Part shown: positions 24,669 through 36,968 of the stretch, one piece after another | How the letters are laid out: every line of letters begins with the position of its first letter | Position numbering within the stretch: position 1 is the stretch's first letter | Assembly (NCBI RefSeq): GCF_001194135.2 | Contig: NC_069004.1 | Location: 19,646,219-19,710,218 of the forward strand | DNA: 64,000 nucleotides | Source of the DNA: Octopus bimaculoides | Taxonomy: Eukaryota | Reading direction: 5' to 3' | Translations under genes and position numbers: made by a program | Notes under the pieces: generated by a model | What the model saw: only the letters and a program-made list of their open reading frames with translations | The model's database searches: none | Told to the model about the DNA's origin: nothing

Positions 24669-27600
24669 GTAAGGTTCAATATACTTTATATTTTCCTTCC
24701 ACTCTTCAATTTTTACTTCTGCTTTTGCTATTTTTTTTCTCAATGTTCTAATCAGTTTCGTTTGGGGTCCCAAAACCAGGGGTACGTTGCTTTTATTATT
24801 TTTTAAAATTTTGTCACAGAAAAAAAACATTGTAAAGTGGTTGACATTAGGAAGAGTATTTAGTCACAGAAACCTTGTAAAAGCAGACACTGCAGACCAA
24901 AATAGACCTCTGGCTAATCAGATTCTGTTGAATCATCTAACTCATGTAAAAGATAGTTAAGTAAGGTGGCGGCAGTGCAAAGCCAGAATGGATACTACTC
25001 TAACGATTCTACTAATCCACTGCTCTGCACAGCTGCTTTTTTTTATTGGCCCCACAAAAGGATGAAAGGCAAAGCTGAATTTGGGATTTGCACCAAGAAG
25101 GCAGAGAGTTGGAACAAATACCAGCAGACATCCTATCAAACATTCTAATTGACATGAATGATTTGTTGTCTAAATTTTATCTATATCATCATCATTATCA
25201 TTAAATGTCTGTTCTCCATGCTTGCATGGGTCAGACGGAATTTGTTGAGGCGAATTTCCTCAAATGGCCAGATGCCCTTCCTGTTGCTAACCCTCACCTG
25301 TTTCCAAGCAAGGTAATATTTCTCCATGGCTGGACATGTTTTCCATGGAAGACTGGGAACAAACAACCCTGCATGTATGATGGTGATGCTCATTTAAAAC
25401 CATCACATGATGTCCAGACAAGGGTACACATATACACATCTATATCTGTGTGTGTATATATGTATAAATGATGGGCTTCTTTCAGCTTCCATTTCCCAAA
25501 TCCACTCATAAGGCTTTGGATGGCCTGGGACTATAGTAGAAGGCACTTGCCTAAGATACCATGCTGTGGGACTGAACCCAAGACCACATGGCTTTTAAGC
25601 AAGCTTCTTAACCAAACACACAAGAGTAAATGTGCTGATTCTGGATATGTACATAGTTTTCTTTGAATTATGTTTAAAAATCTGAAAGGAAGAAAATTTT
25701 AAGCATTAGGTCTGTTTTGTGAAAAAATACCATGGTTTTTCTTTCTGCCACTTCAGATTGAACAATCTGTATTGTATACGTCTTAATTATTGCGTTAATG
25801 GAGTGATCTAATTCAAAGCAGTGTTTTTGTTAATCATTTGTTCATAAATAAGTGAAATGAGATTGTTATCTGTTGTTTTTATTGTTATTTGGATGTAAAA
25901 TAATAATGTTTAGAAACAGTATTTAAACCGGCCATATCCAGCCCAGTTATTCTACCTGTATTATATTCAGACCAAACAGATCTGGCTTCTTACATGTACT
26001 GCACAATTACGGTCTAAAAATAAACAATCACATTAATATCTTGAAGCTACAATATAATGAATGATAGATTTAAAACAATGTGAATAAATAAGCATTACAT
26101 TTGACATGGTGAAGGTGCATGGCTCAGTGGTTAGAGCTTTGGGCTCACAATCATGTGTTAGTGAGTTTAATTCATGGACCTGGCTGTATGTTGTGTTCTT
26201 GAGTAAGCCCCTTTATTTCACATTGCTCCAGTTTACTCAGCTGTAGAAACGAGTTGCAACGTCACTGGTGCCAAGCTGTATCAGCTTTTGCCTCTCCGTT
26301 GGATAACATTGGTGATATGGAGAGGAGAGACTGGTATGCATAGGTTACTACTGGACTTCCATAAACAAACCTGTTTGGACTTGTCCCTCGGAGGGCAAAT
26401 TTCTAGGTGCAATTTCATGGTCATCCATGACTGAAGGGGGTCCACCACGACATTTGACAAAATAGTCTAAATGTTAAAGGGTTAAATATTCCTCTTTGCC
26501 AGTCTTATTATGATTAGAGGTTATTTTATGTCTTCTTTCCATGTTTGCATGGGTTGGACGGTTCAACAGGATCCAATAGGCTGGAGTATCATGTCTTGCT
26601 TCAACATCTCTGCTTTGGCTTGATTTGTTTTTGTCAGATGCTTTTCCTAACATGAACAACTTCACAAAGTTTACTGCATACATTTTTTTCATGACACCAG
26701 CTCTAAAGAGGTTGTCTTGTGCTCAACAAGACTAAAGAGTCCTGCCAAAACCTGTGTTGTCTGATTGATTTCTCAATAACTTTATGGAATGTATTGGGGG
26801 TAGTCTTTATGTGGCACCAGCACTAGATAGGTTGCCTTGTAACTTGCAAGGCAAAAGAGCCCACGTGACTGAAAGAGAAAATAGAAATGTAAACTCAAGT
26901 TACTTAAGAAAACAGATGGGTGAGGAAGGGTGAATTTACTTTCAAAATATTTCCCAAGAGTAAAATAGAATGAGGAAGTCTGGGAATCTTTAATCTAATT
27001 TTAATCAACTCACATGCTTTTAGTTTTGTTTTTGATAAGAGTGCTAAGTTAACACAATTGCAAGAAATGCCAGAGAAGGGATCCTATGAATTATGGGTCC
27101 ATTGAGCCTTATTGCACAAGAACTCAAAAGATATTTAAACGTCTTTCACACTAAAATTGACCAATACTTTGTGAGTGAAACTCTTGTGACTCTGAGGAAG
27201 CTGGTTGTTGAAAAATCTGTTAACTCATCATCATCATTATTTAATATCCATTTTCCATGCTGGCATGGGTTAGATGGTTTGACTGGAGCTGGTAAGCTGG
27301 AGAGCTGCACCAGGCTCCAGTCATCTGTTTTGGTTTGGTTTCTAACACCAACCACTCTACACTGTGTGCCGGGTGCATTTTCATCTATAGCCAGATTTCT
27401 TCCTGTTACCAAGCAGTGGTAATGTTTCCCCATTGGCCAGACATGTTTTCACAGAATATTGGAAATGAATGACACTGCTTGTATGATAGTGATGCTCATT
27501 TACAACTAGCATGCAATGTCAAAACATGGAGACACAAACATATACATGCTTACATGTGTGTGTGTCTATATATGCATACATACATACAATAGACTTCTTT

Positions 27601-29551
27601 TTACCTTCTATCTATCAAATCTAAAAGGCTTTAGTCAGCCCAGGGCTATAGCAAAAGGCACTTGCCCAAGGTGTTCCACAGACTGCATCTAGAACCATGT
27701 GATCAGGGAGCAAACTTCCTACCATACTGTCATTTCATGTGCCTTTCATGTTTTCTTATGATATTACTATTGATAATATATCAGAAAATTGCCTGATACT
27801 TCCAAGGTATAGTATGCAGTTGTCAGGCATACTATGCCTGATAGTGATTCAGTACCCCTCATAGTATTTTACAGTTAGTTGGCTTGAAGCCAAACAGAAT
27901 TGTCTTTGCTCTGAGCTGCACATAGTGACTACAAGTTATAGGTTCTTTATCTGGTAATTTGGCGAGCTCTACTTCTCAAATATAATGGTACCATTGCCAA
28001 AATTTTAAATAAAACTTTTTACAAAATCTGTATTGAATTTTTATGTATAAAATATACAGAAGAATGTTTATTAAGTTGAATGTAGGATTGGCTGTAATTT
28101 TGAAAGTTAAAAAAATTTTTTTTTTTTTTTTTTNNNNNNNNNNTAAAAAAATTTTTTTTTTTTTTTTTCATTTAAAGTGAATTTCATCATTCTAAATTGC
28201 CATGTTGTTAATCCATTGCCAGTTCTTGTAAATCACTGCCAATTCTGTGATGAATCATAATTGTAATGAGTGATTTTACAATTAGCTCATTAACTGTCTT
28301 ACATAGGCAGAGAGACTATGGTAGTTTGACTTTAACAGATAGGTATGTCTGCCTATATATTAATGCAATTATCCATATATCCTGTCTATATATTAATACA
28401 ATCATCCTAACTACCATTTGGGCATTGCTAAGGGAGGTAACTCAAGTAGAATAATAAGTAAACTATTAGCTATGCTAGTGGCAGAGGCATTAGCAGCAAT
28501 GGAGTTGATAATGGTAAATTGAGAAAAATGCAGAAAAGGAGGGAGAAATAGTGGAATTAATGAAAGGATTTTTTGAGAAAAGCACAAAAGGAAGGGAGAA
28601 AACAAGACAAAAGGTTGTAAGAAATGAGAGCCTGATTGAGAGTGGGAGTTAAAGTAAACAAGCAAGAGAAAATGATATAAAGATTTAAGCATGAAGTAGG
28701 AGGAATGTACGTATATATTTATGTATGTCAGTATGTGTGTGTATATATATTTATACATACACAGTCTTGTAAAGGCTAAATCAAGGTGTAACTAGAGATG
28801 CAGCCATGTCATGTATATTTGTAAATATTGTAAGGTAATTGCTGTAATTATATTAAGTAGAGATGTCTACTTTAGTCATCTCATCTTTTAACATTTATTT
28901 GGATTGTGGCCATGCTGGGACGCCGTCTTCAAGGGTTCAGTTGAGCATATCAACCCCAGTAAGCAACTACAAGTGGAATAAACAGTAAGACATGTATGTA
29001 CACTCAAGTGTGGTGGTGGCGTGTGCGCGCACACACTCACAGTGCACTCCCCTGCTGTTTCTCTGTAGCAAATTTCACTCAATGCATTTATCAACCTGAA
29101 ACTCTAACCGAAGGCATTTGCTCAAGGTAGTATGCAGTGGAACTGAACCTAGAATTACATGGTTACAAAGCATGGTTAAACATGCAGTGATGCCTATTTT
29201 TTTTTCATCATCATTATTATTATTATTATTATTATTATCATTATTATTATTATTATTATTATTAAAGTGTCAAGCTGGCAGAACCGTTAGCACACCAGGC
29301 AGACTGCTTAGCGGTATTTCACCTGTCTCTAAGTTCTGAGTTCAAATTCCGCCAAGGTTGATTTTGCCTTTCATCCTTTCAGTGTTGTTAAAATAAGTAC
29401 CAGTTGAGTCCTGGGGTCAATGTAATCGATTTATTCCCTCCCCTGAAATTACTGGCCTTGAGACACTTTTGCTGAACTGCTAAGTTACGGTGTCATAAAC
29501 ACATCAATACCGACTGTCAAGCAGCAATGAGAGACAAACACAGATACAAAG

Positions 29552-29584
<33 letters not shown>

Positions 29585-29676
29585 GCCACCTATATTATAA
29601 TGTATTTAATATATTTTATATTAATATATTATTAATATCTTAATGTATGTATGTATGTATATGTATATATATATAT

Positions 29677-29814
29677 GGGAGAATATACAAATAATAACAA
29701 CAGACGAGGACAGGTGGTGTAAATAACAAAAGTATATATTAGTATGACGCTCGGGAATACGGAAAGTCTTTGACGTTTCGAGCTACGCTCTTCAACAGAA
29801 AGAATACGGAGACA
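29677..29814 (-). mobile_element. 138-bp Penelope-like terminal fragment carrying a hammerhead motif (copy 1), inside the microsatellite linker of a SINE
   Basis: Differs from 53552-53689 at one position by eye. Flanked by (TA)n-type repeats. Confidence 0.7.
29767..29803 (-). ncRNA. Minimal hammerhead ribozyme-like motif (variant core CUGUUGA)
   Basis: Minus strand reads UCUUU-CUGUUGA-a-GAGC gua GCUC-GAAAC-GUC-AAAGA. Stem I, stem II, GAAA and a GUC site are present; the core has A6U. Confidence 0.6.
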
Positions 29815-29838
29815 AGGAGAAAAACATGGAGAAAAAAA

Positions 29839-29879
<41 letters not shown>

Positions 29880-32557
29880 TATACACAATAGGTTTCTTTC
29901 AGTTTCCACCTGCCAAATCCACTCACAAGACTTTGGTTGACTCAAGGCTATAGTAGAAGACACTTGCTCAAGGTGTCACACAGTAGGACTGAACCTGGAA
30001 CCATGTGGTTAGGAAGCGAGCTTCTTACCACACAACCATGCCTGCATTTATGATAAACTAAGTTTCAGTAAATTTCTGTTACCAATTAAATTTAACTATC
30101 CCTCCTACCTTCAAAAATTTATGCGATTCTGTGTCTGTGTTAGAAATCATACACGCTGAATAATTTTGCCTGGCAATTCATCCTAAGAACTTCTTTCATA
30201 TTTGGCTAATGTGTTTTTTTTTCTTCTATGGCTACAATAGTTTGTTTCTGTTTATTTTCGATTATTTGTAATGGTTATTTTGCTATGAATAATTGTGCTG
30301 TCAATCATTTGTCTTTGAATAAATTAAATCACCTGCTCCGTGTCTTTCTTACATTTCCTGAGAATTAGTTTCTCTTTGATTGTCGGAATTGTCACAGCAC
30401 TGAAGACTGGGTCTTCACTTTCACTTAAACCTGGCACTAAACATTTCCTAATTACTTCAGCTGGTAGAATTCTTGGAATACTGGGCAAAATTCTTTAACT
30501 GTATTTCGTCTGTCCTTAGGTTCTGAGTTCAAATTTTACTGAGGCCATCTTTGCCTTTCTTCTTTTCAGGGTCAATAAAATAGTACCAGCTGAGTGCTGT
30601 GGATCAATGTAATCAACTTACCCAGAACTTACTGTCTTTGTGCCAAAATTTCAAATCAATTCTCTTTAGTCTATAAATCCTTTATCATTTATCATTTAAA
30701 CCAGCCATATCCAGCCCAAACGTTCTGCCTGTTTTGTGTTCAAAACAAATATTAAATTTAGGTAAGATCCTTCCCGAGTCATCTAGATTCATATAGCTAG
30801 TTTCCTGGTTTCCATGACTTATGCATTCCCCACCTGGATGGGATTCTGGGTGCCAGCTGAGTAGACCGGAGCAAGGTGAAATGAATTGTTTTGCTCAAGA
30901 ACACAGTGTGTCACCTGGTCCAGGAATCAAAACCACAATCTTTACAATCATGAGTCCGACACTAATTTACTAAGCCATGTGCCTCCACAATATTAAATTT
31001 ACTTAAATAATAAGCACAGGCATGTCTTGTGTGGTACAAAGTTTGCTTCCCAACCACATGGTTCTGGGTTCAGTCCCACTGTGGGACGCCTTGGGCAAGT
31101 GTCTACTACTAAATATTCCTTTATGTTCCAAATACCAACTTAGTATGATATTTATTTTACTAAATTCTTCATTATTTTCTGAATTCATTCAAAGTTAGTG
31201 TGTTTCAACAGAAATGTGGTAACAATAGGGTTAATCTGGCACACTGGAAACCTTAGGAAGGGTCTGGAGTGAAAGAGTGACAGAAAACTGGTGCTGCATC
31301 TGTGCTATTTTCGGCTATGCTAATGGCTCTCTCCTTGTGTGTTCTTCTATTTTGGTTGGCTAAAACCTTGCTTGCTATGTCTTTGTCTCTTTTTATCACT
31401 GTAACTATGGATTCTTTCTTTTTGTGAAAGACTACTTTTGATTCAGTGAATTTTATGTTGTAAATGTGAATTTTTTGGTTGATGACAAGACCTTGTAAGA
31501 AACCTCTGTGTCAAATATCTTCATGAACTGGAATTTGTTTTATTGTTCGTTCTCTCTTTCTTTTATTTCTTCTTCTCCATATTTCCTAATGGTAGACAGT
31601 AATGTGGTTCTAAGATTCTACATGAATGACAGGTTGTTAAGTTAATGGCTATCTAAATTTAGTATCACAAATAAACAACCCAACAATTCCCATACAATAA
31701 GCTCTGTTAACCTATTTATTTTTATAATTTATGTTTCCCCATTTATAAACATAACACAGAATGCAATAAGCTGGATCACTCTTCACTAATATATCTATTG
31801 AAGGCTCTTGTTACAATGTTGGTAGTGATGGTGTCTTTTATATCAGATTTCTTTTGGTCCTGTGTGGTGGTAGTGGTAGAAGAAATTCTTTTGTTTTGGA
31901 AAATATGTATTAATTTAACAACTATTATTGTCATTTTGCCATATTGTTTCTGGTTTGGTATAATTCATCCTAATTACATTTCTAAGCTTGAATTTTGGGA
32001 AGTTGTTACCTCTGATGGCAACAAAGGATTTCTCTCTATATCATAATATCATATACAGATATATGCAAAGAGGAAACAGCACAATGTATGCAAGCAGTGT
32101 AATGTTGCATGGTTGTAAGATATAAGCATTGATTGCAAAAGAACTAAGGAGAATAATAATAAAAAAATAAGTTGAATAATGATCCATTGAATGTGTTAAA
32201 AATAGATTTGCAGGAAAGGCAAAGTGCAACCAATTTGAGGAAACGGTTTGTCGTCAATGACATCAAGGATTGGGTGCAGCAGAAACAGCTAAACTAGTTG
32301 CATCAATGATTGTTGGGTGTAAAATATGCTGTATGCTAACAGACAAACAGTAATAGTGATAGAGAAAATAGTGGGAAAGTTGGATTTGGAGGTCTTGGGC
32401 TCTCACATAGAAATGACACAAGAGAATTAGAAGTGATACACTGTATTACATACCTGCCCAACTCATACCATTTTGGGAATGGTGATAGAACGCTAAATAT
32501 TAAAATAGCTGAGGATGAGAATGAGTTCCCTTGCCAGCAATGTTTCTATTTGACCGA

Positions 32558-32757
32558 TCACTTTCTGACAGGTTTATAGTCAAGCCTGTGGCAGTGGAGT
32601 CCTCCAGCATTCTCAGGCCAATGGACCATATCCCTGCTCACCGCTACCAGGGTAGAAATGGCTGTCCACAAGTGTGTGTGAGTCAGGGTGGCTGTTCCAG
32701 CACATCTCCCTCACTGTCCTCTGGGGCAATGCCTTTTCAATTTTGTCTGCTGGGATT
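32558..32757 (+). mobile_element. Relic 3' end of a CRE-like non-LTR retrotransposon (restriction-like endonuclease C-terminus), copy 1
   Basis: Translates SLSDRFIVKPVAVESSSILRP and, after a frameshift, ESGWLFQHISLTVLWGNAFSILS. These resemble the CRE-type terminal motifs F.PVAVET.G..GP and FQRISLA..RGNA.SIL as I recall them. Confidence 0.65.
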
Positions 32758-35700
32758 ATGAAGCAGTCTGAATTACAGAAAATCAAGAGAATGTAAGAAT
32801 TTTCTAGCTTACATCATCATCATTATCATGTATTATTATTTAACAGATTAAATGATTTAACTTGTGTCTATCATTTACTTATCAATGTAAATAGCATACG
32901 TCTATTTGTTGTTGCTTTGAAGTTATTCATTGTTCAAAAATGAAAGTGCTAACTGAATGACAGTTTATATGGGATCTAGGTTTATTAGTGTAGCAGTTGT
33001 AATTATTTTTGGGGTTTAGTATCCTAAATCATGCAGGATGCACCCCTTCTCAAGGGACTTTCCTGTAATCTGAACAAAACAGGCAAAGAATAAGTGGAAT
33101 ATACAGATAATAACTCTGTGATCAAAGAATTACCCTAATTGATTAGGTGATTAATTATGTTGGATATTTTTTTAATGTGCTGATTTAAAGCAAATAAAAA
33201 TAGCTTAAGTATTAACAAAGATTTTTTTAGTTATTATGATTCAATCAAAGAAAATTAATGCTTTGTTTGAAATATAATTAATTATATATTTTAGTAATAA
33301 AAATTTCCAAATTAAACCAGATTATTTTCATAGAATTAATTACTTTGGGCAGTTAGTTGAGCAGTCAGTCTTCATTAGAGATGTTGTAAGCCTTTTTCAT
33401 CTTCAATAACGACGTTTTTTAATGTTTTCACTTGCCATAGTCATTCCTGTTTACCAAACAACTACTTTATTAGCACACAAATGTCCAAATTTGGATGCAT
33501 CATTTAATTTTCAAATCAAAATTAACAAATCTATTGTTGATTGTTAAGACATTGGAGTGATTTTTCTTCAATGTTTTCTGTGGACCAATATCTTCAATTT
33601 ACACCTATACATTTTCACAGTCTTCCTTTATTTTTCCTGTCACCTTCTTCACCTCACTGGAATTTCCTTAACTGTGTTACTACAAATAAAATAATTTACT
33701 TTTTCTTCTGGCTAAATATAGACTTGTTTGTGTGTGTGTGTGTGTGTGTGCCTGCATGCATACATGAGTACGTTAAATTGTCGCAACATTCAGAAAAATA
33801 AGTAAATAAATCTGCACTTTAGAGAAATAATGAAAGAAGCCAAAATATTTCATCGTATTTCTAATGTTCTACTTCAGAATAAAAGAATCCTGTTTTTACA
33901 AGAATTAAATGGCTTTACTGTAACTGATGTCTCTCTCTGTCTGTCTGGCTATGTATGCATTTATTGATGCACTTGATTTTCTTCTTCTGAATCTAATTGC
34001 CAAGTATTTTAAATGTCACTGTTCACTTTTTTCAATGAGTAAAATTAATCACAGACCACATGGCATTTAATTGATAAGCTTAGCTTGTTGAATTAGATAC
34101 CCTTTGAAAATCTATTTTCTGGAAAACAAAGCATTTTACTTTAGTCATAATTACATTTAACATCTGGGAAATCCTATATGAGTGAGATAGAATATACATC
34201 GCTGGAGTGCACAAATTTTGCTGAGAGTCTGGTACATAAGTTTTCTCTTGTGGGAATTGGTTTTTCTTTGTTCTGATTAAGGAGGCTTGCATTTACTGCT
34301 GTCACAAAATAGCTGCATCATGACCCCAAATCTTGATTTGTTTAAAATATACTGTTTTGTTTGATCTCGCTTTGAAAATAATGAAGAATTTAGTAAAATA
34401 TGTCATTACTAAGGTAGTGTTTAACCCTTTAGCATTTAATCTAGCCCAAATATGCTACCATATTTGGGCCAGATATTCTAACCAACCAAATCCAGCCTAT
34501 CATACCTACCCTTCAAGGCTATTCGAAAAATATACAATCACATGATCAAAATTTCAAGGCTTTGAGATAATACATGATTAATTAAAAACAATGTAATTGA
34601 AAAGCATTACATTTGACAGAATAATCTGAATGCATTAGCATTCAGGGTTTAGGAAGCAAACTGGCAGAATCATGAGCATACTAGGCAGAATGCTTAGCAG
34701 CATTTCATCCGTCTTTATGTTCTGAGCTCAGATTCCACCATCATCAACTTTGCCTTTCATCCTTTCAGGATCGATGAAATAAGCATCATTTGAGCGCTGG
34801 GCTCAATGTTATCAATTAGTCCCACCCCTAAAATATCAGGTTTTGTGCTTATGGTAGAAAGGATTAAGATAGTGTTTGGAATATAGATTAACATGATAGC
34901 TTTTTAGAAAAGCAAATTTGTACCATAGAAACAAGGGCAGTTTTGGGTGAGTTGGTATCAAAAGGAGTGACACAATTGACCCCTACCCAATCCCCAAAAG
35001 TCAGTATCGCCAGTAAGAGTCATGTCTTAAGCACAAAGGAAATCATTGACATAAATGTTCCTTCAATCAGATGAGGTTCTGATGGAAGGTTCATTCATGT
35101 TGCACTTTTCCATTTCATGTTTGTCAATGCATGTTTGTATTTTCAATTGGTGAAGTTGCCATAAATTTGGTTTTGAGCAACACTGAGCTACTTGCTGGCT
35201 TTGTTGTCACTCTGTTAAGTGGAATTCTGATGTTCTGATTTATTTATTACTCTCCTTCTCTATCACTAATTCTGCTTCAATGAAGAAGCTAATTAACTTA
35301 ACTTTGCAAGAGGGTTTCTGGGCCTATTCTTTGTTTCTAATTGTGGCACAAGGCCAGCAATTTTGAGAGGATGTGGAAACTTACTTTATCAACCCTGAAA
35401 GAATGAAAGGCATATTCAACCTCAGCAGCATTTGAACTCAGAATGTAAAGGACTGGAAGAAATGTCACTAAGCATTTTGTCTGGTACAGTAATGATTCTG
35501 CCAGCTTGCCGTGTGTGTGTGTGTCTGTGTGTATATGAGAGTAAGGTGGCTATTTTTCTTTGAAAGTGGCCCACACTTTTTTGGAGGTCAAGAGCTGAAT
35601 GTTTTGTCTACTCCTGCATACTTCAACTCTTATTTTATTTCGGATGTTATGGAGTGGATGGGGAACTCTTACCCCCATTTTGTATTTTATCACTTAACAA

Positions 35701-36339
35701 TTGTCTTCTTATTTCTTCACTTCCTCCTTGATTCCCAGTCTACTTGATATGGCATGGAACATTTCAATGACTGCTATAAAAATTTACTTCACATATTTAC
35801 ATTGAGTTATAACTGCTGGGCTGACTCATTGTCACCATCTCTTGTTTTATGCGTTTTGTCTCGTGAGGTTGTCATCGTCGTAATCATGTACCTTTATTCT
35901 TTGCCAGTATATGTTGGACCGTTTGACAGAATCCAACAGGACAGCGGGCTATGTTGAGCTTCGATGTCTGTTTTGGCATGGTTTTTATACAGCTGCATGC
36001 CCTTCCTAACTGTAACCACTTTACAGAATGTACTAGGTGTCTTTTGTGTCACCAGCCCTAATGAGACTGCCAAATAACTTGCAAAACAAGACTCTTCGAT
36101 TGAGGAGGGGCTGTTGTATTGAGGGAAGTACCTTATGTCAGGTGTTGAGTAGCAAAGAGTATGAAAGAGGGATATGAGTGGAGGAACTACATGGCTATCC
36201 TAGCTGGAAAAGAAAAGATGGCTGTTGATGTCATGTCATTTTTTTTCTTTTTTTTCTTTTCTTTTTTTCAGTTGTTCAACTTCATTAGCAACCACTAATG
36301 TCAGAGTAGAAAATAGCATGTAGAATAGTTTTTTTTTTT

Positions 36340-36525
36340 TTGCCTTATGGACCTCTTTGATTCCTATTTTACTCTACCAAACCCCCATGTTAAAAAATTC
36401 TACTATATTTTTATAATTAGACATTATTAGGGACTGTATGAAAAATTGTTAAAATATTTTATGTATTGTAGAAGTATAAACTTTAACAACAAAATCTTAG
36501 ATGAACCCCAGTTGAAAACCACTAA
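36340..36525 (+). mobile_element. Decayed hAT-like MITE fragment
   Basis: Ends in gttgaaaaccact (reverse complement of a CAGTGGTTYTCAAC-type TIR). The shared core aacaacaaaatcttatatggacccca recurs at about 5500-5580 and 24120-24215, and a 5' end occurs at about 23605. Confidence 0.45.
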
Positions 36526-36757
36526 ATTGTTAAATTTTACTTGAAACTTTACTTTTAAAGATCTTTTATATCATCCATGTTTCAATAGTGTCATCAAGGC
36601 ATTCACCCCCAGAGTTTTACACCTGTTTTCCCCTACTTGTATGGGTTGGAGGCAGTGTTTTAAGGTCAGGTGCCTCTCCCATTGCTAACTTTTACAACAT
36701 GCAGGGATGCAATGTATGTATTCTGAAACCAAGATAGACACAGGGTGCTTGTATTAA

Positions 36758-36968
36758 CCCCTTTGCTACCATTTTCCTCTTGATATACACTGCCCTTGTT
36801 TCAAGTAATTTTCGAAGACTATGAAGAATTCGGTAAAATAATTCTGTCATCATTGTTAAGCTGGTGTTTGAAACATAAATTAACTTGAAATTTTCGTGGT
36901 AGGTTTTAATTTAAAGCTCTTCAATCACAGAACTAGGGACATTTTCAGGTGGATTGGTATCAAAAGGG
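36758..36968 (+). mobile_element. piggyBac-like MITE family 2
   Basis: TTAA|CCCCTTTGCTACC...GGTATCAAAAGGG|TTAA. Related copies at about 2100-2330 (reverse), 34300-34420 and 38068-38300. Confidence 0.7.

Noticed and set aside
27093-27200. MGPLSLIAQELKRYLNVFHTKIDQYF, resembling a CR1/L2-type ORF2 C-terminus (a similar faint trace is at about 32040-32330)
   Set aside because: Plausible old LINE debris, but too short and degraded to call.
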